From: Candidatus Latescibacterota bacterium
GTDB taxonomy: Bacteria > Latescibacterota > UBA2968 > GCA-2709665
Assembly: GCA_965219995.1 (NCBI GenBank)
Contig: CBDCOX010000002.1
Location: 4,928,001-4,992,000, forward strand
Reading direction: 5' to 3'
DNA: 64,000 bases
In this document: one piece after another, positions 10,901 to 19,423 of the stretch
Numbering within the stretch: position 1 is the stretch's first letter
How the letters are laid out: each line of letters opens with the position of its first letter
Made by a program: the position numbers and the translations under genes
The notes under the pieces: generated by a model
What the model saw: the letters and a program-made list of their open reading frames with translations, nothing else
Told to the model about the DNA's origin: nothing
Database searches by the model: none

Positions 10901-11133
10901 TCGGGGCGGGTCAGCATGCGGCAGGCATCGTCCAGGGCGGACAGGGGCAGGGAGGGGTTCAATTCAGCGAGGACGCCGCGAAGCCTGTGCTCCAGGATCA
11001 CCTGTCGGTAGTCATCGCGCTCTGCGTCAGGCGTCTCCGGCGCGATATCCGGTCCGTGCAAAACCTGCCATCCGAGACCGGAGAGCCAGTCAAGAGCCGC
11101 CTGCTCGACGTCCGCTTCGGTGAGGGTGGTCAT
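7990..11133 (-). CDS. hsdR: Type I restriction enzyme R subunit
   Basis: [19 protein letters not shown] nuclease motif, WHTQGSGKS Walker [31 protein letters not shown]. Confidence 0.97.
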   Translation of the reverse strand: MTTLTEADVEQAALDWLSGLGWQVLHGPDIAPETPDAERDDYRQVILEHRLRGVLAELNPSLPLSALDDACRMLTRPEGSTQEARNRAFHRMLVNGVNVEYRDSSGNVRGDQVRVIDFERPDRNDWLAVNQFTVTENSNNRRPDIVLLVNGLPLGIIELKNPADEDATIWTAWNQLQTYKAELPTLFSMNEMLVVSDGTEARIGTLTSGKEWFKPWRTVAGETLADQHLAELQVMLEGVFEQNRFLALLRDFIVFDDDGSGALEKKMAGYHQFHAVRYAVDETLRAAELHRKVDRSVDTSGRYETGQKPGGEPGDRRVGVVWHTQGSGKSLTMAFYTGAIISESAMKNPTVVVLTDRNDLDDQLYGTFSRCQDLLRQPPTQAESRADLRNKLSVNAGGVVFTTIQKFFPEEKGDTHPELSDRRNIVVIADEAHRSQYDFIDGFARHMRDALPNASFVGFTGTPIELQDANTRAVFGDYISIYDIQRAVQDGATVPIYYESRLAKLSLDEREKPKIDPDFEEATEGEEVERREMLKTKWAQLEAVVGAENRIKQIAEDIVDHFEQRLEALDGKAMVVCMSRRICIDLYRELVRLRPDWHNGDDNEGSIKVVMTGSASDPPEWQQHIRNKPRREALANRFRDAGDPLRVVLVRDMWLTGFDAPSLHTMYVDKPMRGHGLMQAIARVNRVFKDKPGGLVVDYLGLAQDLKHALATYTESGGTGDTAVDQKEAVAVMQEKYEVCCGLLHGFDWAAWTDGTPAERLNLLPAAQEHVLAQEDGKDRWLNAVRALSQAYALAVPHPESRRIRDDVAFFQAVRAALSKRSTGEKHTQEELDLAVRQIVSSAVASEGVMDIFAAAGLEKPDISVLSDEFLAEVRGMERRNLAIELLQKLLKGEVSTRRRKNVVQARSFAEMLEQTLRRYQNRAIEAAQVIEELIELAKEIREANERGERLGLSDDELAFYDALETNDSAVQILGDDTLRDIARQLVETVRNNVTIDWTLRENVRANLRRLVKRILRRHGYPPDKQEKATQTVIEQAEVLSEGWAVA

Positions 11134-11140
11134 GGTTTAC

Positions 11141-11353
11141 CTATGCCAGCATCAAGCGTTCGCCCTTGGGTTCCGGGATCGGGTCGCCAGACTCCCGGGC
11201 CGTTTCCAACCACAAGTCCACGGCCTGATTGATGTTCTTCAACGCCGCCTCCTGGGTATGACCGTGGGCCGTGCATCCGGGAAGTTCGGGCACTTCCGCC
11301 ACATAGGCGCCATCTTCGTTGCTCCAATAGATGATTATCTCATATTTGTGCAT
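11141..11353 (-). CDS. HicB-family (UPF0150) antitoxin-like protein
   Basis: MHKYEIIIYWSNEDGAYVAEVPELPGCTAHGHTQEAAL...GDPIPEP. Confidence 0.88.
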   Translation of the reverse strand: MHKYEIIIYWSNEDGAYVAEVPELPGCTAHGHTQEAALKNINQAVDLWLETARESGDPIPEPKGERLMLA

Positions 11354-11424
11354 TACTCGTTTCGATTGAGATGGTGTCTCGGGACGACCACTCATGATTC
11401 TCCGTCGCAGTCTATCACCGGGAT

Positions 11425-11658
11425 TCATCGTACTCCCGTCAATGGCGCTATCCGTTCCTTAGCAAACTCGGCAGCGTAGAGCAGGGTCGCCTGCACCGCC
11501 TCGTGCGATACGGACGGGTAGTTCTTGACGATCTCCTCAACAATCAATCCTTCTGCCAGGCTGTCCAGAATGACCGTCGCCATGGCCCGCGTGCCGGTAA
11601 TGCAAGCCCTGCCGTGGCATTTCATGGGGTCTGAAGAAATGTAGTCTTGCCACCTCAT
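11425..11658 (-). CDS. DUF433 family antitoxin-like protein
   Basis: ISSDPMKCHGRACITGTR...ILDSLAEG...EEIVKNYPS...ATLLYAA; AGGAGGG RBS. Confidence 0.88.
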   Translation of the reverse strand: MRWQDYISSDPMKCHGRACITGTRAMATVILDSLAEGLIVEEIVKNYPSVSHEAVQATLLYAAEFAKERIAPLTGVR

Positions 11659-11687
11659 ACTAACCCTCCTTGGCATTCGGTTGTATC

Positions 11688-11796
11688 ACTCCCCCCTTGA
11701 GGGGGAGTCGCCTGACTGCGGCCGCAGGACAGGCAGGCAGAAGCCTAGCCGTTCCCTGAGCTTGTCGAAGGGCCGGCGACGGCTGATACGGTGGGA
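11688..11796. repeat. Palindromic repeat family B, copy 3
   Basis: ACTCCCCCCTTGAGGGGGAGT...GCAGAAGCC...CCCTGAGCTTGTCGAAGGGCCGGCGAC. Confidence 0.85.
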
Positions 11797-11974
11797 GGCG
11801 GCCAGGACGGACAGTCGCTGCATGCAGGTCTCCATCGCCTCAAACACCAACTCCAACACGGCGTTACGTTTCTCAAATATCTCGTAGTTCCTGAACCACA
11901 TAGAGAGATAGCTCTCGTTCCGTCCGAAGCATTCGCGCCAACGTACGTCGCACGAGGGTCTTCACGGCGTCCGC

Positions 11975-12217
11975 TTAGATTGCCGCCGCTACCGACCGGG
12001 CATGCGTGAGGTCAGCGCCAGTAACGGGACGCGCTTGTGAGGGCAACACGGTCGCTATATCCACCGTGGCGCCATCCAGAGACATGAACTCCACCACGAA
12101 CGCTGCCTTATCGCGATGGAGGTGGATGATGGTGCCCACGTCGCCCGGTTTCAGTTCCTCCCCCTCGTCACCACGAACATCAGCGGTTAGCACGATCTGA
12201 TCGTGTTCCTTGAACAC
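11975..12217 (-). CDS. DUF4926 family small protein
   Basis: KEHDQIVLT...LKPGDVGTIIHLH...FVVEF; usual partner of DUF6883. Confidence 0.8.
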   Translation of the reverse strand: MFKEHDQIVLTADVRGDEGEELKPGDVGTIIHLHRDKAAFVVEFMSLDGATVDIATVLPSQARPVTGADLTHARSVAAAI

Positions 12218-12220
12218 TTC

Positions 12221-12559
12221 TCACCTCCTGCGTGGGTGCGCGGTAATGAACCTGGGATGTACGCTCCCGGTGTCAACTTGCCAGACGGTCCTTATTACGG
12301 GATTGCGCCCGTCCGGTGTCTCTATCCTGCCGTCAACATGATAGCGCGAACCGTATGCGGTCTCCACAACTCGGGCGACCTCATGGGATGCGGCATGAAA
12401 TTTCAATGCGTCCGCAAATTCCTCCCAGCGGTCTACGCTGAACCCGAATCTAACGAAATAGTCTGCCTTGGCTCTACCACGTGGATTGACGGTCGCCAGC
12501 AGATAGTTCGTGATCTTTCCCCGTTCGATCTGCGCCTGACGCACATTGGGTAGTCTCAA
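12221..12559 (-). CDS. DUF6883 family protein (putative toxin/nuclease paired with DUF4926)
   Basis: KITNYLL...GRAKADYFVRFGF...YGSRY...TPDGR...TVWQ...PRFITAHP. Confidence 0.8.
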   Translation of the reverse strand: MRLPNVRQAQIERGKITNYLLATVNPRGRAKADYFVRFGFSVDRWEEFADALKFHAASHEVARVVETAYGSRYHVDGRIETPDGRNPVIRTVWQVDTGSVHPRFITAHPRRR

Positions 12560-12649
12560 TCGTCGCCTCTTGTCAGGCTGCTTCGCAGCAAGTTCGAATC
12601 GTCGTCGTCAATCCCAGCACTTCGGATACACCGGTTGCGGCCACGGATG

Positions 12650-12746
12650 AGGTCTCATCAAGCATCAGGGACACACCATCCGGCCCATAGGCTATGCCCC
12701 AGACGAGAACCCCTGCTCGACGTCCGCTTCGGCGAGGTCGGTCAAG
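12650..12746 (-). pseudogene. Degenerate remnant of an hsdR 5' end
   Basis: 21-nt identity (12712-12732 vs 11100-11120, encoding EADVEQ) plus a WGIAYGPD segment resembling WQVLHGPD of HsdR. Confidence 0.6.
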
Positions 12747-13013
12747 GGCTATTCTTGCAAGCGCAAGCCCATACATAATGGTATGTGGATGCGAATTACT
12801 CCCTTACTGACGCGGATTCGGATTCCTCTTGGGGGGCAAACTTACCGACCGCAATTTCGACGGTCTCTTGGATCATATCGTAAGGGACTACCTCCGCAAG
12901 CCCGGAGTTATCCTAGAACGCCATTCCTCTGCGTCCCTACGGTTTCTAACACAAACGGAGCGCCCTTACTCGTTCATTCTATAACCAAAATTACGCCAGT
13001 GAATCGAAATAGG

Positions 13014-14531
13014 TCACTCTGCGGAATCGACCAATTCATCGATCAGTTCTCGAGCTCGATCTCGCGAATTCACTGACCTAATCAAAATCTCAACTGGGAA
13101 ACGCCTTCGGACCGGTTTGGATAAATTACCGGCATGAACTTCGCAAGACAATAAACCACTAATTGTACCTGTTTCATGTTTGAAGAAAAACTCGCCGTCA
13201 AACCACATGTCTCCAATCCCATGACGCCATTGTTCACACTCGAAGCTGAAGGACTTATCGGGTTGTGTCGGTCGTTTCGGCTTGTAATAGAAAGCGTTTG
13301 GATCGCGTCTCAAATCATGAAATCTGTGTGGATTCAAAGTTGCACGATAATTGAGATGATTGTAAGGGTCAACTACACCGCGTGTGAGTTTAGCAATCTC
13401 GGATTTCGGGTCGAAATGTGGATTAGCAAAACGTGACTCCTGTACCCACTTTCCCCTTGGAGCCCGAGGTGGACATGGTAACGCCAAGCTCGTTTTCGTT
13501 TGCTTTTTCGTCGGTAAGTCGTCTTCGTTTCGGGGGGGACAGACTCGGAAATTCCCGTTAGCGACAATGTTCACAATGGTGTCAGTTCCGGGACGCGTCC
13601 CATCATTGACAATAGAGAACTTAAACGACGGATGTCCGTATTTCTGCTGCAGTTTCTCATGTAAACAAGAAAAGAACTCCTTGCATTTATCAATCCACTC
13701 GGGGTAGTCCTGGTCAGTATATTTGGAGATTTCTTCATCCGTAGAGGGAATGTAATTTTTCTTGATGCGATAAAGGCGGCTACGGACGGTAGTGTCAACT
13801 TTCACGGCCGATTCGCGAGACCCGAAGTCCGACGCAATTGGAAACAGGCTCCTCAGTGACTCAATACAGGCCGAAATCTCATCGTCTGGCATCGGATTAT
13901 ATACCGTATACTCCAAATGCAACTCCTCGACTTCTGTCCCGCTGTCGTCAACAAGACTTATTTTAAAGTTGGGTTCGCTTTGCTCAAGCTCGCGTATTCG
14001 TTCCTTGAGGTGAGAAATCCTCCTGTCTGAATCGCTGTGTTCAGGTGGAAGAAGCCATTCATCCGCGATCGGAGCGACCTTTAAGCCGTGTGACTTAGCT
14101 GTCATTATCGGCCCAGTATCATGGGTAAGCAGCCGGACGTCCGCGTCCGGATGTTCTTCTTGGAACCGAAAGACGCAACCAACGATTTCATCGTCGGGTT
14201 TGCTGTAGTCAAGGACATCTCTCAGTTTATTACTCGGTAAACTCGGACCCTCCAGGCTAAGCCTTACTTGTGGTTTCGCATCAGTGACTTGAGAGTAGCC
14301 GACATCGCTGTCAATGATTCTCCTGAATATGCGGTAGGTCTTACGGGCTCGTTTTGCGCGTCTGTCATTGCCAAGGGTCTTCCGTATATCAACTTCACGT
14401 TGAACCGGACGGCAGACCAATAGTTCGACCAAGTCGAATTCAGACCATTGCGACCAATCGAGTTGATCTAACGGACGGCATTGGATGAACAAATTCGTGT
14501 CAGGAAACAGATAGAGTACCTTATTGGACAC
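13014..14531 (-). CDS. PIN-domain protein with coiled-coil and uncharacterised C-terminal region (alternative start 14552)
   Basis: LYLFPDTNLF PIN motif, VQREVD, PDDEI, LLTHDTG acidic residues; overlaps the hsdS stop; lower GC than neighbours. Confidence 0.8.
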   Translation of the reverse strand: MSNKVLYLFPDTNLFIQCRPLDQLDWSQWSEFDLVELLVCRPVQREVDIRKTLGNDRRAKRARKTYRIFRRIIDSDVGYSQVTDAKPQVRLSLEGPSLPSNKLRDVLDYSKPDDEIVGCVFRFQEEHPDADVRLLTHDTGPIMTAKSHGLKVAPIADEWLLPPEHSDSDRRISHLKERIRELEQSEPNFKISLVDDSGTEVEELHLEYTVYNPMPDDEISACIESLRSLFPIASDFGSRESAVKVDTTVRSRLYRIKKNYIPSTDEEISKYTDQDYPEWIDKCKEFFSCLHEKLQQKYGHPSFKFSIVNDGTRPGTDTIVNIVANGNFRVCPPRNEDDLPTKKQTKTSLALPCPPRAPRGKWVQESRFANPHFDPKSEIAKLTRGVVDPYNHLNYRATLNPHRFHDLRRDPNAFYYKPKRPTQPDKSFSFECEQWRHGIGDMWFDGEFFFKHETGTISGLLSCEVHAGNLSKPVRRRFPVEILIRSVNSRDRARELIDELVDSAE

Positions 14532-15981
14532 ATTTACCCCCTTCCCTGACATTCACCTGTCCGGTTATTAGTGTCGGTAATAATACATCGCGTAGAACGG
14601 CAAGGGCTCGAGATTCTTGCCGCCCAGCCGAGACAAGTGACAGTAGATTCGATGCGAGCAAGTCGAATGTCTCAATGACCTTTGGTGGTGGAACTACTAG
14701 GTCCAGTGAGAGTACAGTATCTGCGGGTGCCCGCTGGTGACTCTTAGACGTCCCGGTAACGAGCGATTGAATCTGGCCGCGAAAGAAGCCTGAACGCGTG
14801 AGGCAGCATATATAGCTCCGAGTGAAGGGTTGGCGTGCCCGAAGAACCAGGAACTCGGTAGAGCAGATTGCTGGTTCGTCGACCCGTACGTCCGGCATCC
14901 AGACACGCTCAATCTCAGGATTGAGTTTGGACAACAGAACCACATCTTGCGGCACCCGGCTCTTGTTACTCTTGATGTTTTTGCCCAATTCCAGCTTCGG
15001 CACTTTCCCTTCGTCATAGGCGGGAATGCTGAAATGACTGAAAACGGTTTCCTGAAAATTTGATGGGTTCACGTTATTCCGAAGTCGAGATACAATGTCG
15101 CCGAATATTCCGACCTTCCACCCCTCCGGTATCTCGCCCAGTTCCGAATCGACGAAGCGATCGGGGAACAGCGCCGCGATGGACGGGTCCATCCTGTCGA
15201 GGTACGCGCGAGCCCGCTCGACCGTCCAACCTGCTGACTTTTCGCCATCAACTCCCCTTTGGGAGGGATGAGTGTGCGAGCCCGAAGTGGAGGGCTGTTT
15301 GAGCGCGGCTTTGGCGCGAACGGGGTCGAAGTCGACGAACCACGAATTGAAGAGCGCCCGGGCCATCTCCTCCAGCGTTTCGTTCATCCGCCGGTTCAAC
15401 TCGATCTTGTCGTCCAGAGTCCCCAGAACATGGGCGATCATGCGCTGCTCGGCGAGCGGCGGGAGAGACAAGGTTAGCTGTTCAAGGTCGCTGGGTCTGA
15501 TGGACGGATAGGCGGATGTGCTGTTTTCGGCGATTGAATGCAGGTAATCGACAATGTGGTTCTGTGCTAAGAACCAATAGATGTATCCCGTGTCTGCACG
15601 CCCATTCCTACCTCTCAAGACTGCAAACCCGGTAGATGCCAAAAAGTTCTCTGGAACGCACTTGAGCAACCCGAAATGCTTCTGGTTGGGGCGTACGGTG
15701 GAGTACACGATGTCCCCTGGTTGGACCTTCCGACGTGCTCTACTCGGTATCTTGTCTTTGCCGGCTTTAAGCTGCTGAATCTCAGAGACGCGATTCTCTG
15801 TAATATTGCCAGTATCAAGGTAGTTGATGTTAGGCCACGCCTCCTTCGGCGAGTAAGTTGCATCGTTGATTACGACGCACTCTCCAAGCGTTATCTCCCG
15901 CCTCTTGCTCTGAGGGACCGTGCTATCCAAGCTCACTCCACCTTGCAGAACCCTGTAGTCTTGCTTAGCCACAATCGCCAT
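14521..15981 (-). CDS. hsdS: Type I R-M specificity subunit
   Basis: Two TRDs, LPPLAEQRMIAHVLGTLDDKIELN, DSELGEIPEGW, LRDVLLPTLITG. Confidence 0.95.
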   Translation of the reverse strand: MAIVAKQDYRVLQGGVSLDSTVPQSKRREITLGECVVINDATYSPKEAWPNINYLDTGNITENRVSEIQQLKAGKDKIPSRARRKVQPGDIVYSTVRPNQKHFGLLKCVPENFLASTGFAVLRGRNGRADTGYIYWFLAQNHIVDYLHSIAENSTSAYPSIRPSDLEQLTLSLPPLAEQRMIAHVLGTLDDKIELNRRMNETLEEMARALFNSWFVDFDPVRAKAALKQPSTSGSHTHPSQRGVDGEKSAGWTVERARAYLDRMDPSIAALFPDRFVDSELGEIPEGWKVGIFGDIVSRLRNNVNPSNFQETVFSHFSIPAYDEGKVPKLELGKNIKSNKSRVPQDVVLLSKLNPEIERVWMPDVRVDEPAICSTEFLVLRARQPFTRSYICCLTRSGFFRGQIQSLVTGTSKSHQRAPADTVLSLDLVVPPPKVIETFDLLASNLLSLVSAGRQESRALAVLRDVLLPTLITGQVNVREGGKCVQ

Positions 15982-15986
15982 TACCC

Positions 15987-16229
15987 TCAGTTCGATATCC
16001 GTCGCAAGACCAGAGCATCGACCACATCGGCGCCGTCACGCGCGCTGCCATTCGGACCGGGGTCTCCGTGCTTACCTTCCCAATCGCGCCTCCCGGTGTT
16101 TAAAGCTATCTTGACCAGTGCCATTTGCTCGGGTGACAGGTCGTCGTACCCTTCTTCGTACCCATTCACCACTACGCGCAGGTCAGGTGGGTAGTTTGCC
16201 AACAGTTGGACCAGTTCAGCAACGGTCAT
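15987..16229 (-). CDS. Hypothetical 80-aa protein
   Basis: MTVAELVQLLANYPPDLRVVVNGYEEGYDD; GGAGG RBS; ATGA overlap with the upstream ORF stop. Confidence 0.7.
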   Translation of the reverse strand: MTVAELVQLLANYPPDLRVVVNGYEEGYDDLSPEQMALVKIALNTGRRDWEGKHGDPGPNGSARDGADVVDALVLRRISN

Positions 16230-16460
16230 GCTTCCTCCATGAGGGCGTCAACCTCAAGACTGAGGGTTGGAAGATCGGTTTCAATGACAAACCACACTGC
16301 CCGTTCATTCACGTCAGCGTAGCCGCGGATCAGTATATTGCGAAAGCCGATGAACAGCTCTGACTCGCTTATCAAGGAGACAATTCGCGGGGCACGTTTT
16401 GCCAAACGATTCAATGCTTCACCGGTGAACCCATACTCCCGCTCTAATGTGGCGCATCAC
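16226..16460 (-). pseudogene. Truncated HepT/DUF86 (HEPN) ribonuclease toxin
   Basis: LEREYGFTGEALNRL...GFRNILIRGYADV...VW..I..DLP; the Rx4H motif reads RNILIR; no intact 5' end, which abuts a family C repeat. Confidence 0.7.
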
Positions 16461-16486
16461 GTTGGTTCTCCTGTCCCGCAATCAGA

Positions 16487-16531
16487 CCCTCTCCCTTTGG
16501 GAGAGGGTGGCGCGCAGCGTCGGGTGAGGGC
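16487..16531. repeat. BoxC-like palindromic repeat family C (CCCTCTCCC-ttt-GGGAGAGGG-TGGCGCGCAGCGTCGGGTGAGGG)
   Basis: Copies at 16927, 17578, 20303 and 21290, and a scar at 19791. Confidence 0.9.
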
Positions 16532-16549
16532 GTGCTCCGTAGCGCCGGA

Positions 16550-16723
16550 CTAAGGTGCCACCTCGCCATCTTCCCGCATTCCCTCGATGTGGAACTCGAT
16601 GGCCTCCCGAATCTCCTCCAGCAATTCTTTCCTCGTACTCGCAGTGGCCACGCAGCCGGGCAGGTCGGGTACGTAGGCCGCGTAGTTGTTTGGGGTCCTC
16701 TCGATCACGACGGTAAATTTCAT
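16550..16723 (-). CDS. HicB-family protein, 57 aa, probably C-terminally truncated
   Basis: Manual translation MKFTVVIERTPNNYAAYVPDLPGCVATASTRKELLEEIREAIEFHIEGMREDGEVAP*; GAGG RBS; below the ORF-track length cutoff. Confidence 0.8.
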   Translation of the reverse strand: MKFTVVIERTPNNYAAYVPDLPGCVATASTRKELLEEIREAIEFHIEGMREDGEVAP

Positions 16724-16734
16724 GGATTGATTTC

Positions 16735-16850
16735 CTCACCCCCTCGAGGATGCTACGGTATCTCTGCGGCAGGTCCAGTCTGTCAGTCATCGGCGCCCTC
16801 TGCCATGGTTTCTTTCAACTCCCTCGCGTCCGCCCGTGCTCCCCAACAGC
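16735..16850 (-). pseudogene. Possible fused remnants of an MNT N-terminus (MTDRLDLPQRYRSILE) and the C-terminus of a preceding gene (DARELKETMAEGADD*)
   Basis: Overlapping start/stop junction typical of TA pairs; both parts lack the rest of their genes. Confidence 0.35.
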
Positions 16851-16926
16851 CCGCATCCTCCGTGGCGGCTCGTCGCGCATCTTCTCGCTGCGCATCGCCT
16901 TTCGGTTCTCCTATCCCGCACTCATA

Positions 16927-17028
16927 CCCTCTCCCTTTGGGAGAGGGTGGCGCGCAGCGCCGGGTGAGGGTGCTTCGCCCCCCTCGGGTGGCGCGCAGCG
17001 CCGGGTGAGGGCGCCTTTGATCCTACAG
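16927..17028. repeat. Family C repeat: hairpin plus two tandem units
   Basis: GGGTGGCGCGCAGCGCCGGGTGAGGG twice, 41 bp apart. Confidence 0.9.
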
Positions 17029-17038
17029 CTTTGCGCCC

Positions 17039-17494
17039 TTATTGTGGATCTTTCCCGGAGGGAGAGGGGTTTACTGCGTCTGCGATTTCGCTCAGGGCTT
17101 CCAGGGTGTGCAGCAGCATGTGTTTGTTTCTGATTCGGACAACGGTCAACCCGAGAGATTTCAGAAATGCGTCGCGATTTCTGTCCGTCGTGCGGCGCTC
17201 ATCGGAGTCATGGACCGGTCCATCCAATTCCACGACCAGCCGTTTCTCGCGGCAGTAAAAGTCAACGACGTAGTTGCCGATCTGATGTTGGCGCCGGAAC
17301 TTGAGGCCAAGGAACCGTCGGTCCCTGAACAGTTCCCACGCGAAATCTTCCGCGGGAGTCGGCTTCTGCCGCATATCCCGTGCCCGATCCAGCAGCCGGA
17401 AAAACTCCGGACCACCCCTGTAATGACCCTGCTCTTCAGGTAGCGCGTGTTGCGCAGCATGTTGATGGCCGCCACCACCGGTCGCCTTGTCCAC
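17039..17494 (-). CDS. DUF559 (YcjD/Vsr-like) endonuclease-domain protein
   Basis: ARDMRQKPTPAE...KFRRQHQIGNYVVDFYC...LVVELDGPVH...DRNRDAFLKSLGLTVVRI; GTG start after GGAAGAGGG. Confidence 0.9.
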   Translation of the reverse strand: MDKATGGGGHQHAAQHALPEEQGHYRGGPEFFRLLDRARDMRQKPTPAEDFAWELFRDRRFLGLKFRRQHQIGNYVVDFYCREKRLVVELDGPVHDSDERRTTDRNRDAFLKSLGLTVVRIRNKHMLLHTLEALSEIADAVNPSPSGKDPQ

Positions 17495-17577
17495 CGAACG
17501 ACCCTCTTCCCTTACGACAGAATCGCGCGCATCTTCTTGCCGCACATCGCATCGGTTCACCTGTCCCCCTGTCCCAC

Positions 17578-17624
17578 CCCTCTCCCCTTGGGAGAGGGTG
17601 ACGCGCAGCGTCGGGTGAGGGCGC
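17578..17624. repeat. Family C repeat
   Basis: CCCTCTCCCCTTGGGAGAGGGTGACGCGCAGCGTCGGGTGAGGGCGC. Confidence 0.9.
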
Positions 17625-17683
17625 TTTTGACTCCGCGACAGGGCACCCGCCGGAGTCATCGTTCGAGGCGATAGCGCCCCGTT

Positions 17684-19423
17684 TCACGCCTCGAATGGCC
17701 GATATTCCACCAGGGCTGACCGTCCTACAATCTCCACGATCCGTACGGTCATCTCGACGCCATTGACATCGGTAAGCCGCAGGTCTTCGCCAGGCACGAA
17801 ATGCACCGGCTGCTGTTGGCCCTGGTTGATGGCGATGTTTGAGGCGTGGAGATATGTCCGGTCAAGGTTGTCTCGAATCAGATTCAGCGATCCTTTCAGC
17901 CCAGGAATTCGGCCGCGGTCTTCGCAAAAAATGACGGCACCGCCGCTTGGAAGCCGATCGAGTTCGATGGTGAGCGCTCCTTCCGACGGTATCCAGTCGC
18001 GTTCGCAGTGCGCGGCAAAACCGTGAACAGCGGCGAATACGGTCATTGGCAGATCGTCCTTATGCAGTCCGATGCTCGCCTCACCCAATGCATCCGTCGT
18101 CGCCTGCTTCCAGGTCTTGTTCGGGAACAGCACGAGCAATTCGGTATTTGGGAGCCTCGTGTCGCCGGCGCTCACGCTGATGAGCACACGGACCGGATTC
18201 GGCTCGGTGGAGGCCGCCGGTAGGGTGACGCGAAGGTCCGCGCCTCCGATCAGATCGAACCGCGGCAGACGCCCGGCGAGTTCCCGGGTCTCTCTGCGAA
18301 TGACGGGGACGCCGTCACCGCGCCGTTCCATGATGAAGAGTCGCCCGCCCGCCCCCTGGATTCCACTGGTTGGCATCCGGCCGAAGACAGAGGCGAGGAC
18401 CTCGTTACGGGTTGCCTGACGATATTCCAATTCTTCAACGGTGAGACTATTGGCGAGTGCGCCGGGTGACTGGATTTCCACCCGATCGGCGAACATGGAC
18501 AGCCGAATCCGGCTGCCGTGCATCGAATAATCGCGGTGCGCCACGGCATTGGCGATAGCCTCGAAAAGGGCTTCTGCGCTGTATTGTGGCAAATCCATGC
18601 GTGCCGGGTCCTTGTAGGCTCCAACGCGCATATTGCGCACGGCAAAGGCGACCGCTTCGGCAATTTGCCGGTTGAGGGGGCCGGTAATAGTCTGGGTATC
18701 TAGCTGGCCGGAGGCTCGATCGGTACCGCGGTAATGTGTGGCCGTAATGCAGGCGTTGGGCAGCCATTCTTCCGGTGTGTGGCAGCAAAAGAGGAGGCCG
18801 GCGACAGTCGCTCGCACGGTTTCGTGTTCATCGAGTCCGACGAGACCCATTTTTTCCAATGCGGTCTCGGGATCGGCCCTGCCTTCCGCGCTCAACAATG
18901 GTCTCCACAGGGCTTCGTCCAGCGTTCCCAAACCGGTGTTGGGCACCGGCTGCTTATCGAACCAAAGAAACCGCGCTTGTCCCCGCCGTTGCGCCAGGCG
19001 CAGCCGCTCATCGCTTGTCATGCGGCGTTTTGAACCGCCTACCCGTACAAAGCTCCCGCCTGGACTATCATGCTGCGATTCGCTTTGAGGTACTTCGACC
19101 AGAAGAAATCTCTTTCCAGCCAGTTCTCTGTGATAGTTGCTGATGCGAACGTCAGGTCTGATTGCGTCAGTGCTGACCTCGACCAGAACAGAGTCTAACT
19201 CGACGATCTGTTCGCGTGACATGCCCTGAATATCCCCCGCGTCAGTGACGCCACAGAGCAGTACACCGCCGGCCGTGTTGGCAAAGGCAGAGATTTCGTC
19301 GGCCCATTCATCGCGGCTCGGACTCTTGGGTCGACTTCCGGAGAACTCGATTTGCTTCAGCCCCCAGTGGCTATCCTCGCCCAGGCGAAGCCGGCGTGTG
19401 ATCTCATCGTCAGTGTAGATCAT
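17684..19423 (-). CDS. Schlafen/AlbA_2 domain plus HATPase_c_4 (RecG C-terminal-like) ATP-binding protein with extra C-terminal domain
   Basis: [10 protein letters not shown]...[18 protein letters not shown]; [13 protein letters not shown]...VEIQSPGAL...RNEVLA...ERRGDGV; ATGA overlap with the hsdM stop. Confidence 0.85.
   Translation of the reverse strand: MIYTDDEITRRLRLGEDSHWGLKQIEFSGSRPKSPSRDEWADEISAFANTAGGVLLCGVTDAGDIQGMSREQIVELDSVLVEVSTDAIRPDVRISNYHRELAGKRFLLVEVPQSESQHDSPGGSFVRVGGSKRRMTSDERLRLAQRRGQARFLWFDKQPVPNTGLGTLDEALWRPLLSAEGRADPETALEKMGLVGLDEHETVRATVAGLLFCCHTPEEWLPNACITATHYRGTDRASGQLDTQTITGPLNRQIAEAVAFAVRNMRVGAYKDPARMDLPQYSAEALFEAIANAVAHRDYSMHGSRIRLSMFADRVEIQSPGALANSLTVEELEYRQATRNEVLASVFGRMPTSGIQGAGGRLFIMERRGDGVPVIRRETRELAGRLPRFDLIGGADLRVTLPAASTEPNPVRVLISVSAGDTRLPNTELLVLFPNKTWKQATTDALGEASIGLHKDDLPMTVFAAVHGFAAHCERDWIPSEGALTIELDRLPSGGAVIFCEDRGRIPGLKGSLNLIRDNLDRTYLHASNIAINQGQQQPVHFVPGEDLRLTDVNGVEMTVRIVEIVGRSALVEYRPFEA

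Noticed and set aside
17495-17659. N-terminal extension of the DUF559 ORF
   Set aside because: It passes through a family C repeat; a better RBS and GTG start lie at 17494
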